From the NCBI RefSeq assembly GCF_025526975.1, contig NW_026515701.1, positions 248,001 to 312,000 on the forward strand: a stretch of 64,000 bases of DNA, read 5' to 3'. The stretch's first letter is position 1. The number at the start of each line of letters is the position of its first letter. This stretch comes from Fimicolochytrium jonesii (lineage: Eukaryota). The notes under the pieces were generated by a model. The model saw nothing but the letters and a program-made list of their open reading frames with translations. It did not search any database and was not told where the DNA came from. The position numbers and the translations under genes are program-made. Shown piece after piece: positions 51,594 to 62,900 of the stretch.

Positions 51594-53408
51594 GCCCTCT
51601 GCGTTTCGATACTTTCCGGAAATGCCCGTCACTGTCGCTCAAAATGGTGGACGGGCAGGACAGTCCCAAACCCCTCTAAGGAAAGCGCCGCAATAGATAA
51701 TAACAACTACATCACGTGACTCAGTCCTGTTTAGTGGCTGCTGTCGCGTGTTTTACAGTTCCCATCATGTACAGTACTGTATATGTACCGAGGTGCGAGC
51801 AAAGCGCATGAATAGCGGTGAAACTGGCAAATGGTGCCATGTGTTTTCTCCTGGGGACGGTATCCTATTAAAGGGCCAACATGTTTGCTCAGTCCGAGGA
51901 CCCGGCGTGACCGTCTAGGCGATGCCATCCTGAAAACCCGGTAAAATGAAATGGCCCTTCTACTTCGACTGAGCCATATGTGTCTCTGATTTGGTTCCTC
52001 GCATTGGTAAGCTGATAATACGCCAATTCTCAGAGAATTGGGTATGTTGAAAGAGTATGCCATCTCGGTTTTTTTGTCAGATAGACAGCTATTGCTTGCA
52101 GCACGTTCGTGGACCCGCAGCACTGCAAGAGGAGAAAACCTGCACGATCGAGACTATATATGTATATATACCTAATGTGCGAGGTGTGAATGAAGCTGCC
52201 ATGCACTGAGCGCAGACATTGTCGTCCGAGCAATTGACAGAATCAGGACTTGCATTGTGGGACAGGGTGGTGTAAAAGCATTTCAAAATGCCAAAATGTG
52301 CAAGCTGCTGCCCAATTTGGGCAGCAGATCACATGAGCCTGCACTAGTGACGACGCGCGTGTTGGCGAGTCGGACAAGCATCGCACATTTGGCGATATGA
52401 AGTCCGAGCGACCTTCAAACCCTATACATAACTTGGTTCTCAATATTAGCCCAATTCAACCAATGAACCCCAAGTACTTCCAAACAGCAAGGGGTCTTGG
52501 GGGCCCTGCAGTCTCCTTCCATGGGGGTGTTTTCATTCCCGAGATGAGGACAGCAAGCAAGGATAGCTGCAGGTAAACTATATCCGAACCTCGTTCACTT
52601 CACAAGTCATCCCATTTACGATCCCTGTTGCAGACTGTACGATCCCAGCAGTCTGTTAGAAGCCCTCGGAGTTCCGAAGCTTCGGGTCCGATGTGAGAAA
52701 GGGCCCACAATGTTCGTAAAAGCAATGTGCTATGGGGAGACACAGAGCACATTGAAAACCTTATGTTCGGCCGATGGAATCAAGGAGGTCCTTATAGTGC
52801 ATGGGAAAGCTGTTGTTCGCTCCATTTTAGCTCAGGGTCGTGTCAGTACTGCACTTCTTTGCCTTCCGACTTCAATCGGTGAATCAGCTGAAGGTAGAGA
52901 GGACGACCCAGCCGATGACATGGAGAGTGGTTCGGACACCATCGGGAGTGGTTCGGGGAACATTCGGAGTGGTTCAGAGAACATTGGGACAGCTGGACAT
53001 CCTTCTGGAGGTATGCACGAGATCCCATTCAACAAACAAGCAATGGACAAAATGACCAAGTGTTACCAAGCCTGGATTCAAACCCCTCGGCTGAATGAGC
53101 AACCTGTCTCTCGTACTGCAAGTGTTCGCTATACCCATCAATGAGCTGGGAGTCACCGAGAAGAGTGGGATGAGACATGTCGAACGACCCACTCAGGAAC
53201 TTGCGTCGCCCGTGGACAAAGAATGATCACTCCAGTGAGCGAGGTGGCCGGTTCGAATGCCTGCAGGTATGATGATACTGATGTTGTCGTTGAAAGCATC
53301 CCACTAATCTTGGCCTCCATGCAGGGCTCCTGGGGCAACTGCTGTTCACCGGGCTTACGCCAAGCATGGCATCGCCAAACTCATTCATGCGATGGCATGG
53401 ATCGCCTC

Positions 53409-53971
53409 TGTTATGATCTCAACGACGGAGGCGGAAGCGAAGTAGAGAAGACAGGGCGAGAGCGATAGGCGACAAGAGATTGTAATGGCAAAACAAGAAA
53501 CAAGGACTAGAACAGGAGATGAGAAGAACTGGTGTTGATCTGCTGGGGAGGAAGGGAATGGACGAAGAGAGGCCGGCTATTTATAGATGGGCAACCCAGC
53601 AGATCAGAGAACAACAACAACAAGAGGGGACTTGGGGGGCGCCAGCTATGCTCCTAGAGCGTGCGTGGCGAGCGTAGAGAGCATTGCTACAGCTGCTGGC
53701 TATGAGGAAGTAGTGGGGGGTGTGGAGAAGCCGAGGGGGGATTGGCGAAATGAGAGGAGAGAGGAGGAGTGGCGATATTGCAAGAGGATTGGCGAAATGA
53801 GAGGAGAGAGGGGGAGTGGCATTGACATTGACATTGACACTGACATTGACATTGACATTGACACTGACATTGACACTGACATTGACATTGACATTGGCGT
53901 TTGACATTTGGCGGTTGACATTGGCGGCCGTCAGTAGGTAAGCTTATGGTATGGGCTCGTCGTCCATAACA
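53409..53971 (-). repeat. 3' LTR with an (ATTGAC/ACTGAC)n microsatellite
   Basis: Direct repeat of 58936-59495; adjoins the PPT. Confidence 0.95.
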
Positions 53972-53983
53972 TCACCCTTCTCT

Positions 53984-56900
53984 TTAGCGGCCGCGGCGGC
54001 GGCGTCGAGTTTGGTGTGGCCGCAGAGGAGGTGCTACAGGGACAGAGGAAGGCTTGTTGGGGTACGCGCTGTGGAAGTCCTGGAGGAGTGCGTCGGTATG
54101 GGTGAGGTGTTCCACGGGCTCCCAGGTGTTCTCAGAGTCAGGCCAGCCCTGCCCTTTGACCAAGTACTGAAGGCGACGACGATGGATGCGAGAGTCAAGG
54201 ATGACTTTGACAACCCACTCTTCTTGACCCTCAACGGTCTCTGGGGGCGCGGGTTTGGGTTCGTGTCGTTTGGGGATGGTGAAGCGGGGTTCGAGAAGCG
54301 AGACATGGAAGACATCGTGGATTTTGTACGTAGGCGGGAGCTTGAGCCGGTAGGCGACGGGATTGATTTTTTCAACGATGGGGAATGGCCCAATCTTGCG
54401 ATGGTCGAGTTTCTGAGAGGGCCGGGTTGTATGGAGGTTTTTGCGGAGGAGCCAGACGTGGTCGCCATGCTTGAAGTCCGGTCCAGGAATTCGTTTGGCG
54501 TCGGCGTAGCGCTTCATTTGATCTTGGGCTTTCTTGAGCTCGAGGGCGAGCTGTTCATGGACTTCCCTGATTTGTTTAGCGCGGGCTTCCGCGGCGGGGT
54601 TGACGGATTCGGAGGTAGCAGAGGCCGCAAAACTGAAGCGGGGGTGGAGACCCTTGTTGGCGTAGAAGGGGGTGGTCTGGGAGGCAGACTGATGGGTGTT
54701 GTTGTAGGCGAACTCGGCGGACGACAGAAGCTGTTTCCAGTTGTCCTGTTGGTGGTTGCAAAAGCATCGGAGATACTGCTCCAGGATCTGGTTGGTGCGT
54801 TCTGTCTGGCCATCGCTCCGGGGGAGGAAGGCCGAGGAGAGGTTGGCTTTTGCCCCAAGGAGTTCAAGAAGTCGACGCCAGAACCGGGACTTAAACTGGG
54901 GTCCTTGGTCAGAGATGACGTCGTCGGGAGGCCGTGGAGACGGATGATGTTGTAGAAGACTAGGTCGGCGGTGGATTTGGCGGATTCTGACTCGCTGCAG
55001 GCGATGAAGTGGGCCATCTTGGTGAGGCGACAGTTGACGTTCAGGATGGAGTCGTACCCGTCCACGGGAGGCAGACCGGTGATAAAGTCCAGGGACCAAG
55101 ATCCCCAAGGGCGGGTAGGGATACTGTTGGGCTGGAGTAGGCCGTATGGTTTGTGTCGACTGGATTTCGCTTGGCTACAGGTATCGCAGGACTTGACGTA
55201 GGCCTTGACGAAGCGCCACTGGCTGGGCCACCAGTAGTTGCGGGAGGCGAGTTCGAGCGTCTTGGACATCCCAAAGTGGCCGGCTAGGGGAGTATCGTGC
55301 ATGTCGTGGCAGACTTCAGCTCGGAGCTCGTTGGTGGGGACATAGACCAGGTTATCGTGCAGCAGGATCCCATCTTCATCTGAGAACCGCTTGATACGAT
55401 CTTGGGTTTCCTCAGTTCGTTGGGCGAGGGGTATCTTGAGCTTTTCGCGAATGGCCTTAGCGAGGAGATCAGAGGCCTGGGCGGCCTTAATCTTGTCAAG
55501 CAGCGTGGTATCCATGGGTGTGAGGTAGGCAGCCGCGAGTCGAAGGCGTTCGGGAGTCAAAATTGTGGTTGCCTGGGAGCGGAACGCTTCTTCCCCCTTT
55601 TTTTGCTCATGTTCGGAGCGTCGGGAGAGGGCATCGGCTTGGTGCTGCTGGGAACCGGGGCGATAGGTAATGACAAAGTCAAAATCCGAGAAGAATATCG
55701 ACCAGCGGGCTTGGCGGCGGTTCAGGGTGCGGGTGGTCATGAAGTACTGAAGGTTTTTGTGGTCGGAGTAAACGGTGATCTTGTGACGGGCGCCAATGAG
55801 ATGGTGGCGCCACTGGGCAAAGGAGTCTTGGATGGCCAGAAGTTCCTTGTCGTAGATCTCGTAGTTGATCTCTTCGGCCGTGAATTTGCGAGAGTGGAAG
55901 GCCACGGGGTGGAGCTGATTGTCCTGGTCAGGTTGGAGGAGAACTGCGCCAAGAGCGAAGTCGGAGGCGTCAGTTTCGACGACGAAGGGCTTCTCTGGGT
56001 CAGGGTGAGCAAGGATGGGGGCGGTGGTGAATGCTTTCTTCAGGTTCTCGAAGGCGGTGTTTGCGGCGGGTGTCCAGGCGTACGGGATGTCTTTCCGGGT
56101 CAGGGACTGTGAGCGGGGTAGCGATCTTGGAATAACCTTGGATGAATCGGCGATAGAAGTTGGCAAAGCCGAGGAACCGCTGGACGCCTTTGACAGTCTT
56201 GGGAGGTTCCCAATCCGTGATGGCAGCGATCTTCTTGGGGTCCATCTGGATGCCTTTCTCGGAGATGATGGAGCCTCGGAACTCAACGGATTCGCGGTTG
56301 AATTCGCATCTCTCCGGTTTGGCGTACAACCCATGCTGTCGGAGGCGGGACAAGACTTCGCGGACATGTTTGGGGTGATCTTCGGGGTTCTTGGAGAATA
56401 TCAGGATATCGTCGAGGTAGACGACAACAAACACATCGAGAATGTCGCGGAAGATGTCGTTCATCAGGTACTGGAAGACGCCAGGAGCATTGCTGAGTCC
56501 AAAGGGCATGACATTGTATTCAAATAGGCCGTAGCGGCAGCGGAAGGCGGTCTTCCATTCATCGCCCGGGCGCATGCGTAAGAGGTTATAAGCGCCGCGG
56601 AGGTCGATCTTGGTGAGACGGCGGGCGCCGCGCAAACAATCCATGATACCGTTGATCAGGGGCAGGGGGTAGCGATTCTTCACCGTGATGCTGTTCAGGC
56701 CTCGATAATCGACGCAGAGGCGGAGAGAACCGTCCTTTTTTTTCACGAATAAGACTGGTTACCGGCAGGGGACTTTGAGGGTTTGATGAATCCTTTGGCG
56801 AGGTTTTCTTCGAGGTATTCGCAGAGTGCCTTCATTTCTGGTTTGCTGAGGCTGTAGATCGGGCCGAAAGGTGGCTGCTTGCCTTCTTCCAGATCGATTG

Positions 56901-57895
56901 GACAGTCGTAGGGCCGGTGCTCGGGGAGAGTGTCAGCATTTCTCTTTTCGAAAACGTCGGCGAAGTCTCAATACTCAGGGGGCAGGAAGTCTTTGATGTC
57001 TTTCTCGGGTGTCGGGGGTTTACTGGGGCTAGGAGAGGCTGGGAGATCGGGTTTCGCAGGGTTGGCGTAGCCGACAAAGACCTGGTCATGGCTTGCTGCG
57101 ACCCGGGAGGCTGGGGCGGAGATGAACGAGACTCGGAGCGGCGTGGGAGCCGGTCCTGGGGTGCTGAAGCGAGATACCTTGGGTACTGGAATCGACCATG
57201 TTTCGTCGACGGGGACTTCATCCTGGGGGATGCGGATCAAGGGCTCGGGGGTTCTGGCGGGTGCTGGGCTTGGGGGTGCTGGAGAGTTGTCCCAATTCGC
57301 GAATTCATGGTACAGACAGTCGCAACGGAAACCGACCGAAAGGTTCTTGAAGTCAAGGTTAATGTCGTGGAGGCGGAGCCAGGGGAGACCAAGGGGGATT
57401 GGAGCATGGGGTGATTTGGTGACATGGAAGACAAGTTCTTCGAAGTGGTCGTCAACCCACATGCCTACTGGTTGGGTGTGATGGGTGATTGGCCCAGCAG
57501 AACTGGGTTGACCGTCAACGAGTTCGATCTGTCAGGGGACGCTGATGTTGGACTAGGGGGATGCGGTGTTTGCGGGCAAAGTCTCTGTCGATGAAGCAGG
57601 ACAGGGCACCATTGTCGATCATGGCTGAGGTAGGTATTGGGGCGCGGCTGGATGATACCATGATGGTAACGGGGTAGTTGAAGGGTTCGAGGGGACCCAG
57701 CGCAAGCATGGCGTGGGGGTTAATTCCGGAGTTTTCGACAAGGGCAGCGGCTAGGAGGGTTGTGTCGGCTATAACGGAGTTGGGAACCAGGGGGGTGGCC
57801 TCTCCCGTTGCAGGAGCTGTGAGGTTAGGAGGCCCGGGGCGGTGTGTGTTGTCCAGTCGCTGGGGCTTTACTGCGGCTGGACTTTGGGAAAACCC
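53984..57895 (-). pseudogene. pol: pol (protease, RT, RNase H, integrase, chromodomain), disrupted
   Basis: [85 protein letters not shown]. Frameshifts near 57520, 56760, 56110 and 54930; stop at 56968. Confidence 0.93.
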
Positions 57896-58866
57896 TGTTT
57901 GGTGGAGGGTTCTTTGATGTCGACGTTGGCGGCACGGATGGTGGTCTTGTTCTTGACGGGGCAGACTTTTGCAATGTGCCCCGCACCACCGCAGTAAAGG
58001 CAGAGGCTGTTGGAAATGCGGCGTTGGCGTTCCTGAGGGCTCAGAGGGCCGCGGGGACAAGCGGCGTCAATCTGCATAGGCTCGCTGTGGTCGACAGTGG
58101 TGGTAGTAGTAAACGAGGTATGGGGAACCGGGAAGGTCTGGCGGCTTCCGTTTCGCTCCAGGCGGCGCTCAAACAGCCGGTTATCGCACTGGATAGCCTG
58201 CTCCATCACCACATCAATGGTGGCCGCAGGGGGCATTGTGAGCATCAGGTCTTTGACGTCTTCTTTGAGGCCACGGCGGAAGGTAGCGATCAGGGCCTGG
58301 TCGTTCCAGGAGACATCGCATTGTAGCTGGCGGAACTCAGCGACGTACTCGGTTGCTGCACGGGTTTGGCGAAGGTTCTGGAGCTTGTTTTCAGAGGTGC
58401 GGACCGTGTCGCTGTCTCCGAAGACCGATTGCATCTGACTGATAAAACTATCGAAGTCCTGAAGGCTGTGATCTTGGCGTTCGACTAGGGGCGCCATCCA
58501 GGCTTGCGCAGTGCCGGTGAGGTAGGTGCCAATAGTTTGGATCTTGATGATGTCGCTGGGGTAGCGGTCGGGCTGGAGAGCAAACATCAACCGGATGTTG
58601 TTCAACTACCCACGGAATTTGCTGCGGGTACCATCAAACTTCTCGGGCGAGCTGATTCTTGGCTCCAGAGCAGGGTTGGTGGCTTGGGGAAGGGTGTACG
58701 TATCGGCTTGAACCTGGGCGGCGATGCTCTGGGCAGCTTGTGCGTCGGCTTGGGCTTGCGCTAGGTTGGCCTGCAAGTTGGCGTTTTGGCTTTGCAAGGC
58801 GGCGATGGCTTGGCACATATCGTTCCATTGCTTGGCGGTGAAAGGTACGGATTCGGGTTGGGACAT
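57868..58866 (-). pseudogene. gag: gag with CCHC zinc knuckle; in-frame TAG at 58606-58608
   Basis: PEKFDGTRSKFRG*LNNIRL, YLTGTAQAW, LRQTRAATEYVAEF, EPMQID, CLYCGGAGHIAKVC. Confidence 0.93.
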
Positions 58867-58935
58867 GGCGAAAAAGGTTTGTCGGATGCAGGGCTGGACG
58901 GGTTCTGAACTTCGCAGTGTTGGAGCAGATCAAAC

Positions 58936-59495
58936 TGTTATGATCTCGACGACGGAGGCGGAAGCGAAGTAGAGAAGACAGGGCGAGAGTGATAGGCGAC
59001 AAGAGATTGTATTGGCGAAACAAGAAACAAGGACTAGAACAGGAGATGAGAAGAACTGGTGTTGATCTGCTGGGGAGGAAGGGAATGGACGAAGAGAGGC
59101 CGGCTATTTATAGATAGGCAACCAAGCAGATCAGAGAACAACAACAACAAGAGGGGACTGGGGGGGCGCCAGCTATGCTCCTAGAGCGTGCGTGGCGAGC
59201 GTAGAGAGCATTGCTACAGCTGCTGGCTATGGGGAAGTAGTGGGGGGTGTGGAGAAGCCGAGGGGGGATTGGCGAAATGAGAGGAGAGAGGTGGAGTGGC
59301 GATATTGCGGGAGGATTGGCGAAATGAGAGGAGAGAGGGGGAGTGGCATTGACATTGACATTGACACTGACATTGACATTGACATTGGCGTTTGACATTT
59401 GGCGGTTGACATTGGCGGCTGTCAGTAGGTAAGCTTATGGTATGGGCGCGTCGTCTAGTAGGTAAGCTTATGGTATGGGCGCGTCGTCCATAACA
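58936..59495 (-). repeat. 5' LTR with TATAAATA (59112-59105) and a 32-bp tandem duplication
   Basis: Direct repeat of 53409-53971; upstream of gag. Confidence 0.95.
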
Positions 59496-59934
59496 GCCTC
59501 CCCCGATGAATATTATTCCAACCGAGACACGATCAAGGGTCTCACCGATATCGACAAGGCATATCTCTCAAAAGACGATTGCTGGTCTACCCACACCCAC
59601 ATTTAGAATTCGACAGTTGATTGCCACTTCGATGTCGAGGACAAGGGTTTCACAGCTCAGTACACCTTTGGCGACTTCGACGATGGGGGAGATCTTGAAC
59701 TCATCGATGCAGGTTTTGTTCTGAAGCAGGAAGTGGGTACCTTAACCCTGTTCCGAGCCGATCTTCTTCATCATTCAGTGACCGACTACTCGAGGGGGAA
59801 TCGGTATGTGCATTCGATGTATATGCAAAAAAAAGTACGCAACGCTGTACAGAGGAAACCTGGGGATGCCGAGTCGTAGAGTCTGTTTTTGTATGTACTG
59901 TACTTTGTATCAAATATATTCGAGTCTTTTTGAA

Positions 59935-62900
59935 TTATTTTGGTGAACTGCTATCTACGCCTACTTCTACGTGTGCATGTTTACGTGGGGTCGTTGTCGG
60001 TGTAGAGCTTGGTGTTGCCAAGTGTACAGTGGTTGCGATACTTGCTGTACGCTCAACAACATCGTGATCAACCCGGTGAAAGGAGCGAATGGCAAGGTAT
60101 GGTGTTGCGGTTGTGTCGGCACGAGCCCTTTTCCCCGCGAGTGTTGTGACTTTACTGGCTTGAGTACGTGTCTGGCCGGTTGACCACTCGCTCAAGTTGG
60201 TGATGTCTTTGCAGTAGCTCTTTTGTTCGTAAGAGTGGCCGTGTGCGACGGGTCGGGAGTATCCAAGCTGGCCAGGTACGCTCATCTTGTGCTGGAAGCG
60301 GTGCCAAGGATCAGCCATTTTGCATCTGCCACCAAAAATTGTGACATGTACCTTGTGGACGATGAGAAGCTTCTTCAGCGCAAGGAAAGCATCGGTTGGG
60401 GAGGCTTTGTTGACTTGATCACGTCCACCTATGCAAACTCCAGAGTGTAAGTGGCACAATATCATGCCGACAAATAAAGCTGCATATCTTTTCCGAGGAT
60501 TTGTTTGAATGCTGAAAAGTGATTCTCCACATCATTGGATTGTTGCCAGCGATCGTTGAAGAGTGGGGTGTATTTCTCGGGATCGGGAGAGGTTTTGGCA
60601 TATGTTTTGTTGCAAGGAACACTTTCCAAGAAGCGAATCATTGCTTTTCGCCCAAAACACAGGATTAGTGTCGCCTCCAACAGTTCAATCGGGAGAGCAG
60701 TCTCTTCATTGTGCAGAAGCGCCGAGGGGCAGGTGAGCCTCGAGTGGCGGTATGCATAAGGGGTCTGAAGAAGATGCGATCAGCAGGGTTCACCATACAT
60801 GAAAGGTAACACCTTGTCGGCCAGCCAATCAATCATACGGTCAACCCTTGCTTCTCGATCGTCCTGCAAAATACCAGACAGATCAAGTGCTTCAAAGAAT
60901 TCTCGAAGAACATTGCAAAACTCAGCTTCCGTCGCATATCCTGTTGTTTCCAGAATATCTGCGACCTGCTTGCAAAACCCGGTCTTTGCATCAGGGACAC
61001 ACTGATCGTCACGCTTATACCACCAAGTTCCAAACACCTCGTTGTGTTCAGGCATTCCCGCAATGCTCAGCCAGGCTTCTTTCCTCAAGTGGGCTCCGCA
61101 CCTGGATGTTGTAACATGTTTGATAAATTGCTTCATGACGTGATCCAGGTCGATGGAAATGATCAAAGGAAGGTCTCGGTTACAAGGGTTCCTTTCAGGC
61201 ACATAAAGGGAAGAAAAGAAATCGTTGCCAGCCCTCCTCCTCTCGGCCAATCGCCTTTCCACCCGGATATGTGTGAGCCATTCTCGTAATGGCGACATGG
61301 ATGTGCGATTTGTGTTCGCTGCCACAATAAGCGCCGAGATCGTGAGAGTTCGTGCAAGGTTAACAGGATGTCCCCGCTGGCCTGGCAAAAATGCTGACAT
61401 GTTGAACTGTCATTCCTGTTGTGTCAGTGCCCAGATCTCAACAATCTCCAGAAGGTTTCGCAACTCAGGGATGCCGACCAAGTCTATGCGTCCAAAAACA
61501 TGTAGAGTTTCAAGTAGCGTTGCAAAGAATGGGGCACCCTCACTGCGATAGTTTCTCAGCAGTGTTTCCAAACCCGCAGGTAGATGTGGAACAAATCGTG
61601 TGCCGATTCCGTAGGGCATGCCATCCCACTGTTGAGCACGGGATTGCAGAATATATTCATGGGCCTCTTCCTTCAGACACTCCACGATCTCGGCTTTCTT
61701 CCTGCCCTCTTTCACAACCGCATCCAGCTCGGCGCGCCAAATCTAAACACGACACGATGAGTTACTGTTCATTATTGGAGTTGCAGGAAGCAAACCTACC
61801 GCATTAATAAATTTCGGCTGGTCAAGCCCCCGTGTTGCAAGAGAATGACTTGCCCCATCGCACAACACAGAGATAACAGGAATTGAGCGCTTCTGGAATT
61901 CCTCGAGCAGAACTCGAAGAATTGCGGTATTCTGCTGATGGTTTGGTGCTTCCACAAAGCAGGCAAAGACAATCTGTGATTTCAAACGCTGGGAGTTGGC
62001 GAAGGTCCAAAGCTGTAATTTCTTTGCCCTTGGCAAAAGATGCAGCCGTGCAGCAAGGAAGTACTCTAGCGCATTCCGACATAGGCTGACTAATTCGTCT
62101 TTGTGTTGCAGTAACAGCCATGTCGACGGCAGAAGGTCGAGGGGGTTGTCGGTAACGTCGGGGGGTTGCGCCAGCTTCAACTGCCAATTTGCGCATTCGG
62201 TAAGAATTTTTTCCACGGCGGTGCGAAGATTGTTTGTTTTCACCGCATCACTTTCGTAGGCTCCTAACGCAGCTGCCGGGCGCTGACTGGAAGGTGCAGT
62301 GAGCACTGTCCCTGCTTCAAAAGCAATCGCACCAGTCTCAATCTCGCGTCGTTTCGTGGTTACTTGTTTCTCCGCTCCAACTGCATACACAGTCAGCTGC
62401 GCTAGGAGGGCTACAAGATTGCTTTCACATTCCGTCAGCCAGTGGGTAAATTGAACCGTCAAACGTGGGTCGCCCCATGTGTATTCAACATCTTGTGCGT
62501 CGTTCATTTGTGCCATGCACAACTGTGTGCTCAACTCGAATGCGTTGAGGGCTTGTTCAACCTGCGGTGCAGAAATCAGGGTGCGCCGACATGAGTTGAA
62601 ATGTGCACAGAGACAATACCGTTGCCACATCCTACAGTCCCAGAATGCTCTCAGTCAGTCCGGGGCCAAGGTCGACAGTTCCCGTCAGCCGTCCTTTGCT
62701 TCCACGTTGAACAGTCGAGATTCCGTAATCGGTTTCATCAACCCCAATGCCGCCGGCCAGGTAGCGCAATCCGAGACTTTCCTGCAGCCGAGCGTGTTGT
62801 GCACAAATCACGTCTATGCGGTCCGAATCCAATCCAACAAGCTGCACACCCACATCTGCTCGAAGCTTCTGCTGAGCACGCTGTGATGGGAGAACCAGGT

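Larger units (their letters stand above)
53409..59495 (-). mobile_element. Full-length defective Ty3/Gypsy chromovirus LTR retrotransposon
   Basis: Two ~560-bp LTRs (TGTTATG...CATAACA), 5-bp TSD GCCTC (53404-53408; 59496-59500), PPT AAAGAGAAGGGTGA (53972-53985), gag-PR-RT-RH-IN-chromo order. Confidence 0.97.
52463..59879 (+). pseudogene. TET/JBP-like 2OG-Fe(II) dioxygenase gene split by the Gypsy insertion (exons ~52463-52572, 52634-53266, 53325-53408 + 59501-59879)
   Basis: Removing the element and one TSD restores the frame: ...AMAWIASPDEYY...HI*NSTVDCHFDVEDKGFTAQYTFGDFDDGGDLEL...LTLFRADLLHHSVTDYSRGNRYVHSMY. In-frame stops at 53142-53144 and 59604-59606. Confidence 0.8.

Noticed and set aside
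53581..53921. ORFs with VNVNVS / DIDIDT / MSMSVS repeats (also 59108-59412)
   Set aside because: Translations of the LTR hexamer microsatellite, not genes.
53951..56527. Long plus-strand ORFs (334, 236, 170 aa)
   Set aside because: Antisense shadows of the codon-biased pol.
59424..59488. 32-bp direct repeat as a possible CRISPR
   Set aside because: Only two copies with no spacer, inside an LTR, in a eukaryotic context.
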